In this document: one piece after another, positions 35,601 to 45,382 of the stretch | Numbering within the stretch: position 1 is the stretch's first letter | Layout: each line of letters starts with the position of its first letter | Source: Vampirovibrionaceae bacterium NZW_1234 | GTDB taxonomy: Bacteria; Cyanobacteriota; Vampirovibrionia; Vampirovibrionales; JAGQHJ01 | Direction of reading: 5' to 3' | Assembly: GCA_041697335.1 (NCBI GenBank) | Contig: JBGUGD010000035.1 | Span: 64,001-128,000, forward strand | DNA: 64,000 nt | Translations under genes and position numbers: made by a program | Notes under the pieces: model-generated | What the model was told of the DNA's origin: nothing | The model's database searches: none | The model's input: only the letters and a program-made list of their open reading frames with translations

Positions 35601-36990
35601 GCGTCTGTACCACAGCCACTTCCTGCTGGTGTTGCAGGGACGTGACCCCTTCAATCACAATTTGCTCGCCGGGATTCAAGCCCGACTTGATTTCCATCTG
35701 GGCCTTGGATTCATCCCCGGTCATCACCGGGCGCTCCATAACACAGGTACGTCCATGTTCTCGATTCACCACGTAAACCACCTGACGCCCCTGGCGAACC
35801 TGGATGGCCTCTTTGGGGATCCACACATATCCCAGGCCGGGCACCTCAAAATCCAGGGAGACGAACTGATCGGTTTTCAGGCGACGGACGGACCCTTCAA
35901 TGACCTCCACGGTGACACTGCCTTCCAGATGGTCCACCTCGTCGTCCGCAGCCTCACCCGTTGTTTCCGGATCCGCTCCACCGGCGTTAGCCACTGACGG
36001 CATAGCGTTGGCCCCAGGCTTGGCCTGAGGTTTGGCAGAATCATCGCCAGGGACCATTAATCGGGCAGGACCTTGGGTGGCCGCTTCCGTTCTCCGAAGG
36101 GCCTCTTCCCAGCCTTCAGGCATCTCCTTGGCCACCACTTCACCTTCAAAGCGGCTCCAGCGACCCATGTCATCCTGGGCTCGGACCCGCACCTTCTGGT
36201 TGGGTTTGATGTTCCTGAGGAGTTCGATGGGCATTTTGGCAGTGACAATGGGATGTTCCGAGGTGAGCACCGTCCCCACGGACTCCAGGGGAGTAATAAC
36301 CGTGTTGGGTGCAACCGTAAACTGAGTGAGCTTGCCGCTTCGGGGCATCCTCACCACATGGGCCTCAATGCGCTCCTGCAAGGCTTTCATCTTGGCCGAT
36401 ACCTGATCGGACCGACGTTTCACCCGACCCAAGGGGGAATTATCGTACTTGGCCGCATGATCGGCGGCATTCTTGCCTTGGGCCGCGTCGGTATCTTCCA
36501 CCGTGATTTCCGTCTCGGCTGTGTCTGGCGGGCGATCGGCAGTGGGCACCAATTCATCCAGATCGTCTTCGGACATGGGCGCCCAATCCGTAGGAGCATC
36601 GCCCACGGAGGCCTGTTGCAGCTGGGTATGCAAGAGTGCCAGCTCGGTCTGGAGCTTGGCATATTGCTGACGAGAGGCCGTGTCATCGAGTTTAAACAAG
36701 GGCTGGCCTTTACGAAGCATTTGCCCCGGCCGCGCCATCACCTCCGTGACCCGGCCGCCCACTTCCGGGAGGATCTCGCTTTGGGAGGACTGCTCAACCA
36801 CCCCTTCCACTTCCACCCACGTGGTTTTGGCCGCATCCGGCACGGGCATCGCAGTGACACGGGCCAAACCGCTAGGCAAGGTCAGGCCTCGGCCCTGGTC
36901 GTTGCCGAAAAACATCCAGACTCCCACGGCCAAGCCCAGGCCAAGAACGGCAGAGACAATACCCACAATGAGGCCAAGCTTGCGATTCAT
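35566..36990 (-). CDS. Membrane-fusion/periplasmic adaptor protein (HlyD/RND MFP)
   Basis: N-terminal TM, lipoyl-like GRVTEV...GQ.L..GQPLF and C-terminal EIKSGLNPGEQIV. Confidence 0.85.
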   Translation of the reverse strand: MNRKLGLIVGIVSAVLGLGLAVGVWMFFGNDQGRGLTLPSGLARVTAMPVPDAAKTTWVEVEGVVEQSSQSEILPEVGGRVTEVMARPGQMLRKGQPLFKLDDTASRQQYAKLQTELALLHTQLQQASVGDAPTDWAPMSEDDLDELVPTADRPPDTAETEITVEDTDAAQGKNAADHAAKYDNSPLGRVKRRSDQVSAKMKALQERIEAHVVRMPRSGKLTQFTVAPNTVITPLESVGTVLTSEHPIVTAKMPIELLRNIKPNQKVRVRAQDDMGRWSRFEGEVVAKEMPEGWEEALRRTEAATQGPARLMVPGDDSAKPQAKPGANAMPSVANAGGADPETTGEAADDEVDHLEGSVTVEVIEGSVRRLKTDQFVSLDFEVPGLGYVWIPKEAIQVRQGRQVVYVVNREHGRTCVMERPVMTGDESKAQMEIKSGLNPGEQIVIEGVTSLQHQQEVAVVQTREADTGPERRL

Positions 36991-37164
36991 CTTTCGGGTT
37001 CGACTCCAAGGTTACTCTTGCTGTCAGCCCACATGGGCTGAGGACACATCCGGGGGCGCGTGACCAAGCGGTCGCCGCTTTTATTATACCCGAGTTCCAC
37101 CGCCATCGAGCCGGTTGGGGCAAAGATCCCCCAAGCAAGGGACCGCGTCCGCAGGCGACCCCAG

Positions 37165-37270
37165 ACGCGTGTTTGGACGCGTGAATCGCGCGTGATTCGC
37201 GCGTGTTTTGGGCCAATCACGCGCGTGATCACGGCGTTTTTTCGCGTGATTGGGCGTGAACACGCGTGTT
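37165..37270. repeat. Helically phased degenerate array of (C)GCGTG cores
   Basis: GCGTG at 37167, 37179, 37190, 37201, 37223, 37244, 37254 and 37264, with GCGTT at 37234. Confidence 0.75.
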
Positions 37271-37700
37271 TTTCCCCGCAGGGCGTTTCAAGCAAAATAG
37301 CCTCAGGACAAGGGTTTTCAGGATAATCACCTGGGGTTGAACGGTGGATTTTGTGAAAAAGGGCGATTTTCACGCGTTTTTCCGCTAATTTCCGCGTGGC
37401 CCCCAACACCGGACACAAGACCAAAAAGCCTCTTTTCCCCATTGCTTTGGGAAAAAGAAGGCTTGGAAAATCAACGTGTCGTCGGTGCATCATTGAGGTT
37501 GGATCCAATGTCAGTATGTATATAATTATTATATACCAATCTGGGTTTTATGCCGGATTCTTCAGGATTTTTTAAGATTTTATTGACCAATAACTTATGA
37601 GACAAGGTTTTTCAGCATTCTTATCACCTCAAACCCTTTTATGGATGGTCAAAACAGAGTCACTTTCAGTACAGTACTTTTCAGGACTGGATTAATGATT

Positions 37701-39101
37701 TTAAAACAGGAAAAGCCAGCCCTTGGCAGCGTATAAGCTGGTGTAGGCGAGCGTCATCAAGCTCAAGAGAACCAACACACAGGGCAGAAGCCACCGGGAC
37801 AAAACATGGGCTTGGGCCAGGAGCAAGCCCCAGCTCCAGAAAACCGGGAAAACCGCCAATAAATATCGGTGCATGCTCATATAATTGCCCCCGGTCATTA
37901 AGGACCCCAAGCTCAGCACGGTGTAGGTGCGATACACCGGTGGCAGCAAGCCGATAGTCAGCCCCACGCCGGTAACTGCAAGCCACAGCCCTACATAACC
38001 CGGCCCATTAAAGTAGTGGCCCCAATCCAAGAGCATCCAATTGCCCAAAAGGACGATAATGGCCATGGCCCCCAACATCAGGCGGCGGCGCAAGGGGGGT
38101 AGGGGGTCCCAGGCCCAGGCTTTCAACGTCTGAAACCTCCAGCCGATCACTACCATGGCGAAAAACCAGGCCATCCAACCCACCAGTACCAGCCCCTGGG
38201 CATGGCCCCGGTAATGGCTGTGGAGTCGAAAATACAAGCCGGGTTCCCCGAAACGCCAGCCCAAATACAGGGGAAAGGCCAGCACGCTCAGCAGCATCAA
38301 CCCGATACAGCCCCATTGAAATGCCGTCCAACGCCGATACCCCAGGGTTTGAAGAGCCCCTATCAGGATCCCCACACCGTTAAAGCGGGTTAAACTGGCC
38401 GGCCATGACAAAAGGGCCGCCCACCCGGTGCGCTTGCCTTCCAAGGCCAGGAAGCCCACCACAATACAGGCCAAAAACAAGGACTCCGATAAAAACATGG
38501 AGCAAAACAGGCTGGCCGGGCACAACGCCAAAAGCCAAACACTGAGGGTGGCAACCCGAGGCTCATGATGGCGTCGAATCAACACGTAAAGAGCGGCTAA
38601 GGCCACCCAAAACAACAGGTTCGAGGCCACTGTTCCCGCCCAGACAATGGCTTCGGTAGGGGTCAGGCCCAAATCCAAGGGCATCACCACCCACTCACCC
38701 AGGACACGGCTTAAGAACGAAAACCCCGGGTAATGGGCCACGCTTTGATGCATGGTGGTGCCGTCGTACTGATAGCCGTTCTGCGCCAGATCCAGGTACC
38801 AGTAGCCGTCCCAATACTGCACGATATCCCACAGTGCCTGCCGCCCGGATTCGTAGAAAAAGGGGTGAATGGCAAAGACCCGACCGGCCAACTCCGGTGG
38901 GGAAAACAGGAGCTGATACAGGCCCTGCACAAAATGGACCCATCCCGGCAGACCCGACAACCAGATGCCCAAGGCCACCACGGCACGTGAGACCCAAAAG
39001 GCCAGGGTCGCATGCACCCAGGCCTGAGGCCATGCGGAGGCCTTGGAAGCAGCCACACCTTGCAAATGCGATGATGGTGCGAGAGAAACCGTTGCGGCCA
39101 T
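37701..39101 (-). CDS. GT-C fold membrane glycosyltransferase (PIG-V/mannosyltransferase-like)
   Basis: WDGYWYLDLAQNGY, A.YPG, SESLFL and TRFNG; multi-TM. Confidence 0.8.
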   Translation of the reverse strand: MAATVSLAPSSHLQGVAASKASAWPQAWVHATLAFWVSRAVVALGIWLSGLPGWVHFVQGLYQLLFSPPELAGRVFAIHPFFYESGRQALWDIVQYWDGYWYLDLAQNGYQYDGTTMHQSVAHYPGFSFLSRVLGEWVVMPLDLGLTPTEAIVWAGTVASNLLFWVALAALYVLIRRHHEPRVATLSVWLLALCPASLFCSMFLSESLFLACIVVGFLALEGKRTGWAALLSWPASLTRFNGVGILIGALQTLGYRRWTAFQWGCIGLMLLSVLAFPLYLGWRFGEPGLYFRLHSHYRGHAQGLVLVGWMAWFFAMVVIGWRFQTLKAWAWDPLPPLRRRLMLGAMAIIVLLGNWMLLDWGHYFNGPGYVGLWLAVTGVGLTIGLLPPVYRTYTVLSLGSLMTGGNYMSMHRYLLAVFPVFWSWGLLLAQAHVLSRWLLPCVLVLLSLMTLAYTSLYAAKGWLFLF

Positions 39102-39102
39102 A

Positions 39103-39891
39103 TTACGGAGCGCTCCCTCCTCGGGCAATGGCCTCACCGGCACAGGGAGTGGCAAACAAACGCTGTAAAACCGGGGATTCACCCCACCGACGGGGAGCAC
39201 CCAAGCTATCGGCGTGAGACAACACCTGCCCCATCAATGCCAACGCAGGGTTTAGCGACGCGTCTGCCTCTTTCATGGCCAACAGCGGCTGTGACGTGGG
39301 ATGGGCTTTGGGCTCAAAAGACAGGACCACCAGGCGAGATCGGCCCTCTGGGGTTTTCGCCGGGAAATCCAACACCGTGAATATGGAATTCACCACCGTT
39401 CGATGGCGATGGGTCAAGACCTGATAGACCGGATAGCGCCCATAGGGGGTCGCCACACACACCTGGCGGGTAACCTGGGTGTGCCGGGCAAGGGCGCCAG
39501 GCTCCATGGCACGGGAAGAAAAAGGATTCAGGCTTTCGGCCAGCCAGGTGGGCACACCGCGATGGGTATTGAGAAAGGCAAGCATCCGGGCCCGGTCGGC
39601 AGGTTGTTGAATAATTTCCCGATACAACAAGCGCATGTCACGCCGCGGCATGGAAAACCACACCACACGCTGAAGCCCCAGGGCATCACCCATGGGGCCC
39701 ATACGGGCCAACAGGCGCATGCGCCCAAACTGGTCTTTCAAAAACGACGGCATCAGGAAGGTTTTGGATGCGCCAGGCGGATGATGCGGATGAACCCGAT
39801 GCGTGTGGGACACCCCGACACACCCGGCCAGAAGAATGCCCATCAGGATCATCAACACCCCATGTCGCCACATCCCCATCGGCCGAAGCAT
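39103..39891 (-). CDS. Hypothetical lipoprotein
   Basis: LLAGC lipobox after a hydrophobic stretch. Confidence 0.6.
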   Translation of the reverse strand: MLRPMGMWRHGVLMILMGILLAGCVGVSHTHRVHPHHPPGASKTFLMPSFLKDQFGRMRLLARMGPMGDALGLQRVVWFSMPRRDMRLLYREIIQQPADRARMLAFLNTHRGVPTWLAESLNPFSSRAMEPGALARHTQVTRQVCVATPYGRYPVYQVLTHRHRTVVNSIFTVLDFPAKTPEGRSRLVVLSFEPKAHPTSQPLLAMKEADASLNPALALMGQVLSHADSLGAPRRWGESPVLQRLFATPCAGEAIARGGSAP

Positions 39892-39893
39892 CC

Positions 39894-40553
39894 TTAGGAA
39901 ACCTGCTTTGCGTCAATGGCCGTGCGCAACGTAGTGGAGAAACGGGCCATCAGGTGTTTGAACAAACTGCCCTCGGAAAAAAAGCGCCGAAGCTTAAATA
40001 AACTGCGGTAAGCCGGATGAGCGCCCCAGAGTTCCTGGGCCCGCTTTTCGACCAAGGTCACAAACCCCCATGCGGCCGAAGCCTGGGGACTCATGGCCGG
40101 GAAGCCGACTTTTTGAGATTGAGGTTTGGCGGTTTTTCGTCCTCGCGTGGCTGAAGCCTGGGCCTCGGTTGCCTGATCCCGAACGGGATCGAAAACATCA
40201 AACAAGCCCGATACAGGGCCTTGGCGCCCCTCATGAGGAATGCGAAACACATCCAGTTTGTCCGACTCTCCCGGGCGCTTGGTTTTGGACAGGCGAATGG
40301 GGGTCATGCCCTGAATGAAGCGATCGCTCGCGGGAAGAAAGACCTTGAGAAAATCCGGATCCGACACGGCAGCATCCACGTAGGCATGAGCCAGAGTCAG
40401 ATGGGTAGGATTGGTTCGGGTGGCCTCATGGGTGCCGTCATCCATCATGGATGCCCCGGCCGCCCGGTAATGCATGGCCCCTTTGACCAAGTTTTCATAA
40501 AGACGGGGAAGGCTTCCAAATCGAATCGATACCATGTCGGGGGCTATCTCCAT
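39894..40553 (-). CDS. Hypothetical protein (N-terminal IRFG motif)
   Basis: 219-aa ORF at the head of a minus-strand run. Confidence 0.65.
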   Translation of the reverse strand: MEIAPDMVSIRFGSLPRLYENLVKGAMHYRAAGASMMDDGTHEATRTNPTHLTLAHAYVDAAVSDPDFLKVFLPASDRFIQGMTPIRLSKTKRPGESDKLDVFRIPHEGRQGPVSGLFDVFDPVRDQATEAQASATRGRKTAKPQSQKVGFPAMSPQASAAWGFVTLVEKRAQELWGAHPAYRSLFKLRRFFSEGSLFKHLMARFSTTLRTAIDAKQVS

Positions 40554-40758
40554 CGTTCTCGGGCGGTGTTCCCATGGGGGGGTCCAAAGGGGAAAGATTA
40601 CTCGATATCATGGCGCAAAAAAACAGGTCACTCAAGTAACATGGCGGCTTTGAAACAATTGGGGATTTTGTGGATTCAACCGGGAACTAGCAACAAATGA
40701 TCTTGAGGGGATTTATACCCGTATAATCGTACCATCAGCCACGAGAGAATTTTAGCCT

Positions 40759-41604
40759 ATGCCTAGCCCTGTTTCCTTTGGTTCCTCCCCGATGGCCTTT
40801 TCCCCGGCCCGTCGGCAGACAACACCTCAGATTCCGACCAATCTGCGCTTTGGCGAAGGTGGGGATGGCGGTGGCGGCGACGTCGGCAGCTTTGGCGATG
40901 CCGGCCATGGCCATGACGGCGGCCATCACTCGTCGGATTCAAACAACATTGATGACGCGAGCCTCCTGGGTTTTGTGGCGGCAAATGCCGCCGAATCAAC
41001 GGAGGAATCGTCTCCTAAAAGAAAAACCAAGAAAGGCAACTCCGGCGAAGACGCTCAGCCCCAAGGTCTGGTGGAGCGTGCCGTGGCCTTTGTCAAGCGC
41101 ATGTTCAAGTCCATTCTCATCTTCTTAGGGCTGGATGCCTGGTTTAATTTGTCCAACAAACCCAAAAGCACCCCGGAAGCCAACCCGCCGGCCCCCCCCA
41201 AATCCTTTAAAACCGTGCAAGAGGCCCCCATCAAACTGACGGTGGCCGACAATGTTTCCAAACCCTTTGCAAAACAGTTGCGCAAAGCCTTGAATAATTT
41301 GCCCAAAGCGATTGCTGAGAAATTGCCCAAGGGCTTGCAACTGAAGGTGGCGCAACGGATGAACCACTTTCAGCCCGACGAATTGAGCACGAAAGACCAG
41401 AAGTCTCGCTTTAATGCATTCGGTACCTATAGCCTGAAGCAAAATACGCTTTATGTCGCTGAATCTCGCTATCAGAGCTTCCGCTGCATGAAGTCCGGCA
41501 AACCCGCGGGCGAATATAAGACCCCGGTCAATCTTGTGATCGGGCGTCTGAAACTCCTGAGCCAGGCTAAATCCACCAAAGACTTAGGGTTTGTTGTCGA
41601 CTAA
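40759..41604 (+). CDS. Hypothetical protein (N-terminal SFG/LRFG motifs, Gly/His-rich segment)
   Basis: 281-aa ORF; TATAAT upstream at ~40722. Confidence 0.7.
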   Translation: MPSPVSFGSSPMAFSPARRQTTPQIPTNLRFGEGGDGGGGDVGSFGDAGHGHDGGHHSSDSNNIDDASLLGFVAANAAESTEESSPKRKTKKGNSGEDAQPQGLVERAVAFVKRMFKSILIFLGLDAWFNLSNKPKSTPEANPPAPPKSFKTVQEAPIKLTVADNVSKPFAKQLRKALNNLPKAIAEKLPKGLQLKVAQRMNHFQPDELSTKDQKSRFNAFGTYSLKQNTLYVAESRYQSFRCMKSGKPAGEYKTPVNLVIGRLKLLSQAKSTKDLGFVVD

Positions 41605-41704
41605 TTCGAGCCTGAATGCGGATTATTTTGTAAACGCAAATAGGCCCAGGCCCTTGCGGGTGAAGTCAGATCCCGCACCGGATCGCCGTTTATTTTTTTA
41701 GGCC

Positions 41705-42235
41705 TTATTTCGTCTTTTTTGCCGTCTTCGACGTGCTGGGAGCTTGGCTTGAGATCCGATCAAAGGCATCAATGGCCCGGGACAGGTTGGCCATTTCGAT
41801 AGCCGTCACCGCGGCATCGGCGCCCTTGTTGCCGGACTTGGTCCCGGCCCGCTCGATGGCCTGCTCCAGGGTATCGGTGGTGATAATGCCATAAATCACC
41901 GGTGTCAGGCCTTCCTGGTTGAGGTGGGAAATACCCTTGGCCGATTCCCCGGCCACGTAATCGAAATGCGGTGTGTTGCCCCGAATGACAGCCCCCAGGC
42001 AAATGACGGCGTCAAACTTGGCCAGATCAACCAGCTTGGTGGCGGCAAAGGGGATTTCAAAGGCCCCCGGCACCCAAACCACATAGACATCTTCACGGGA
42101 AACGCCATGGCGGGACAAGGAGTCCACACAGCCTTCCAGCAGTTTTCCGGTAATAAAGTCGTTAAAGCGGCTGACAATAATGGCAATCTTGAGGCCGGTG
42201 CCGACCAGTTCGCCTTGAATGGTATTATGCAACAT
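41705..42235 (-). CDS. ribH: 6,7-dimethyl-8-ribityllumazine synthase
   Basis: [28 protein letters not shown] and GNKG. Confidence 0.97.
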   Translation of the reverse strand: MLHNTIQGELVGTGLKIAIIVSRFNDFITGKLLEGCVDSLSRHGVSREDVYVVWVPGAFEIPFAATKLVDLAKFDAVICLGAVIRGNTPHFDYVAGESAKGISHLNQEGLTPVIYGIITTDTLEQAIERAGTKSGNKGADAAVTAIEMANLSRAIDAFDRISSQAPSTSKTAKKTK

Positions 42236-42292
42236 ACTCGGGGTTCGCTCCTTCTTCTTTTTGCTTGAGGGGTAACGGTTTCAAGACCAGGG

Positions 42293-43540
42293 CTAGGGGA
42301 TTAGGGCATCGAGATCCATCATATGCCCCAGTTTCGTGTGCTTGGTTTTGAGGTAGTTCTCGTTATGTTCGGTGCGCCCCAGGGGCAAGGCCACCCGGTC
42401 CAGAATATCCAGGCCGTAACCTTCCAGGCCCCGGATTTTACGCGGGTTGTTGGTAACCAGATGAAAGGCCCGCACGCCCAAATCCAAGAGAATCTGCGCC
42501 CCAACGCCGTAGTTTCTCAGGTCCGGGGCAAAGCCCAGATCGAGGTTGGCCTGAACCGTGTCCACCCCTTTTTCCTGTAAGGCATAGGACTTGATCTTGT
42601 TGGTGAGCCCGATGCCCCGGCCTTCATGGTTTCGCAAATACACGACGGCGCCTTTGCCGTGCTCATCAATCAACTGGAGTGCCGAGGCCAGCTGGGAGCC
42701 GCAATCGCAGCGTAAACTTCCCAGAACGTCACCGGTCAAACACTCGCTGTGCATCCGAATCATGGGCACCACGCCGTCATCGGCCGCCAAATCGCCCTTG
42801 ACCAGGGCCAGGTGCTCGGACTGATCGAGAACATTGGTGTAGGCAAAGACCTGGAATTCACCAAAGCGGGTGGGCAGGAAAGCCTCGGCCTCACGCCGGA
42901 CGGTGCGCTCGTGGCGAAGGCGGTAAGCAATGATCTGAGCCACGGTAATAAATTTCAGCTGATGCTCCTGGGCAAAAGCAAACAGTTCGTTGCGACGGGC
43001 CATGGTCCCATCGGGGTTCAAAATCTCACAAATGACCCCGGCAGGCTTGAGTCCGGCCAATTTGGCCAGATCCACGCTGGCCTCCGTTTGGCCGACCCGC
43101 TCGAGAACCCCGCCCGGCTTGGCGCGAAGGGGAAAAATATGACCGGGGCGACGCAGATCGCCGGGCACAGCATCGGGGGCCACGGCCACCTGAATGGTAA
43201 TCGCTCTGTCTGAGGCAGAAATGCCGGTGGTGACCCCAAACTTCTGATGGGCATCGATGCTGACGGTAAAGGCCGTCGTGTGGGCCTCGGTGTTTTGTAG
43301 GGTCATCGGATGCAATTGCAAGGCATCGCAGATGGGGCCGTCCAAGGCCAGGCAAATGAGCCCGCGGCCTTTTTCGGCCATAAAATTGATGATGTCCGGG
43401 GTTACCTTTTCCGCCGCACACACCAGATCGCCCTCGTTCTCCCGGTCCTCGTCATCGGCCACAATGACCATTTCGCCGCGACGGATGGCTTCGATAGCCT
43501 CTTCAACAGTATCAAAGCGATTTTGGGGGTCTAACGTCAT
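42293..43540 (-). CDS. ribBA: Bifunctional DHBP synthase / GTP cyclohydrolase II
   Basis: DDEDRENEGD, HSECLTGD...RCDC, EGRGIGL and TNNPRK. Confidence 0.97.
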   Translation of the reverse strand: MTLDPQNRFDTVEEAIEAIRRGEMVIVADDEDRENEGDLVCAAEKVTPDIINFMAEKGRGLICLALDGPICDALQLHPMTLQNTEAHTTAFTVSIDAHQKFGVTTGISASDRAITIQVAVAPDAVPGDLRRPGHIFPLRAKPGGVLERVGQTEASVDLAKLAGLKPAGVICEILNPDGTMARRNELFAFAQEHQLKFITVAQIIAYRLRHERTVRREAEAFLPTRFGEFQVFAYTNVLDQSEHLALVKGDLAADDGVVPMIRMHSECLTGDVLGSLRCDCGSQLASALQLIDEHGKGAVVYLRNHEGRGIGLTNKIKSYALQEKGVDTVQANLDLGFAPDLRNYGVGAQILLDLGVRAFHLVTNNPRKIRGLEGYGLDILDRVALPLGRTEHNENYLKTKHTKLGHMMDLDALIP

Positions 43541-43560
43541 CTTCCACGCTCCTTAAGGGG

Positions 43561-44217
43561 TTAGGGGGTAAAGCCGTGGGCGGCCAAAAAGGCCTCATCC
43601 ACGCGCGAGGGGGCTACTGTATGTAACGTTGGTGATAGCATTTTTTTGACATACTTGCCCAATAAATCCGTTTCGATGTTCACCGTGTCGCCCACCTTGC
43701 GATCGGAGAGGGTTGTATGGGCCAGGGTGTGGGGAATAATGGCCACAGAGAACGTATCGCCTTCGACGGTATTCACCGTGAGGCTGATGCCAGCAATGGC
43801 AATGGATCCTTTTTCCACCACAAACTGGGCCAATTCCGAATCCAGCAGGCGAAAGGTAAAGATCACCGCATTGCCTTCCGGCTGGCGGCGCACCAAGGTG
43901 GCCAGGCCATCAACATGACCGGTGACATAATGGCCGCCAATGCGGCTTGTGGGGGTCAAGGGGCGCTCCAGGTTGACCCGGGTCCCCGGTTTGTAAGCGC
44001 CAAACCCGGTCTTTCGCATGGTCTCCGGCGAGGCTTCGATGGTAAAACTGGTGGGGGTAAAGGCCACGACCGTGGTACAGGCCCCATCAATGGCAATGCT
44101 GTCGCCCAATTTGACGTTTTCCAAGACGGTTTTGGCTGAAATGATCAGGACACTACCCTCGGGGCTTTGCTGGATGGAAGCCACCGACCCGACTTCTTCG
44201 ATGAGACCGGTAAACAT
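43561..44217 (-). CDS. ribE: Riboflavin synthase (alpha chain)
   Basis: MFTGLIEE, GGHYVTGHVD, KGSIAIAGISLTV and VNIETD. Confidence 0.96.
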   Translation of the reverse strand: MFTGLIEEVGSVASIQQSPEGSVLIISAKTVLENVKLGDSIAIDGACTTVVAFTPTSFTIEASPETMRKTGFGAYKPGTRVNLERPLTPTSRIGGHYVTGHVDGLATLVRRQPEGNAVIFTFRLLDSELAQFVVEKGSIAIAGISLTVNTVEGDTFSVAIIPHTLAHTTLSDRKVGDTVNIETDLLGKYVKKMLSPTLHTVAPSRVDEAFLAAHGFTP

Positions 44218-44497
44218 CTGAAGCGAACTCTTTACGTCGTATAGTGATTATCAATGTCCTCACCATAGCGCAACAGTGCGGTCTTTTCAACGGCTTGGTC
44301 TGATGTGTTTTAGAAGGGAAAACAAAAGGGGGTTAATGATACAAATGTAACAATTCCTCTAAAAACCATTGTATCGACGATTTATTTGAAACAGAATCAA
44401 CACTTGGACAAACATCCGTTTGACATCAATTTCCCCTCTCGCATCCCGATGACATCGTCCTATTTTATTTCAATTTTAATTTTGGGAGATACTCTGC

Positions 44498-45289
44498 ATG
44501 CAACCCCTCTCAGGATCTGTCCGCTTTGGCGTGACCACCACCATTAATCCGGTCCAAACCATTGCCGCGTTGGAAACCAATTTGGCCCTTTTAAAAGCCA
44601 AGCAAGCGGATGAGGCCAATGTGCAGAAAATGAATGACCGCAATGACCCTATTAGCCTGCATGTTGACATTTTTGAAACTGGCCAAGCCAAAGCCAGCAT
44701 TACCACCCAAAACACCCGCCAAAGCAAAACCGTTGAGCTGAACGACACCACCCAGGTTCCCGCGTTTTGGCAGACGATTCTGGGCGAAATGAAAACACTG
44801 TTACCCCGTCCAAAAACCCCTCAAGAACTGGATCAGGAACGATTAACGTATGGGGCATTCCAACTGAATCGTCTCTTAGAAGCCCTGGGCAAAAGTGAAT
44901 ATAAGCTTCTCAATGCGAGAACCAGCCTATCAGAAGTCGGTAAAAGCGTTTATCAAATGGCTGAAGTCGAGGTGGATGGAAAACCCTATACCATGCTTCA
45001 TGTGTCGCCTAAAAATACGCTCGAGATTGGATGCCAAGCAACGGGAGAATTGATCCGCTACACAGAAGCTGAACCGTCGTGGTTTCGATTGCCGTTCTTG
45101 GGAAGACGCAACGCAAATACCGCTGAAATTTTGATTCGAACCCGTGAAGAAAATGACCCGGGAAAAACATATAACATTTCGAACCAATCCTTGAGCCCTT
45201 ATGATACAGAAGGCCAAAAAACGCTCGCCCTTGGCGCCACATCCAAGCTGCTGATGCGAAAACTTAAAGACAACTTTGCGTTTGAGTAA
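44498..45289 (+). CDS. Hypothetical protein (N-terminal VRFG motif)
   Basis: 263-aa ORF with GGGAG SD; possible sigma28-like TCAA-N15-CCCGATGA upstream. Confidence 0.75.
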   Translation: MQPLSGSVRFGVTTTINPVQTIAALETNLALLKAKQADEANVQKMNDRNDPISLHVDIFETGQAKASITTQNTRQSKTVELNDTTQVPAFWQTILGEMKTLLPRPKTPQELDQERLTYGAFQLNRLLEALGKSEYKLLNARTSLSEVGKSVYQMAEVEVDGKPYTMLHVSPKNTLEIGCQATGELIRYTEAEPSWFRLPFLGRRNANTAEILIRTREENDPGKTYNISNQSLSPYDTEGQKTLALGATSKLLMRKLKDNFAFE

Positions 45290-45382
45290 CCTCACCAGAG
45301 CCGCAAAGCACGGTTATCACGAAACCGTTTTTTGGGTATGATCAGGGCCATTGAATCTGCGTTGTTTACGGAGGATTTCCCG

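Noticed and set aside
36073..37041. 322-aa plus-strand ORF
   Set aside because: Antisense to the MFP gene; no protein-like motifs.
36987..37508. 173-aa minus-strand ORF over the GCGTG array
   Set aside because: The repeat period of 10-12 bp is not codon-phased, and a TATAAT at 37083-37088 suggests the MFP promoter lies inside it.
37510..37540. dif (XerCD) site
   Set aside because: The ATAA/TTAT arms are separated by 3 bp rather than the required 6 bp.
41650..41690. FMN riboswitch-like GGGTGAA...CCCG..CCGG next to the rib operon
   Set aside because: It is downstream of and antisense to the operon and lacks the other RFN stems, so it is more likely a terminator hairpin. No RFN element was seen upstream of ribE.
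26500..43500. Visibly higher GC stretch as a possible horizontally acquired block
   Set aside because: It contains core genes (tmk, rib operon) and has no mobility genes or boundary repeats; GC content was not computed.
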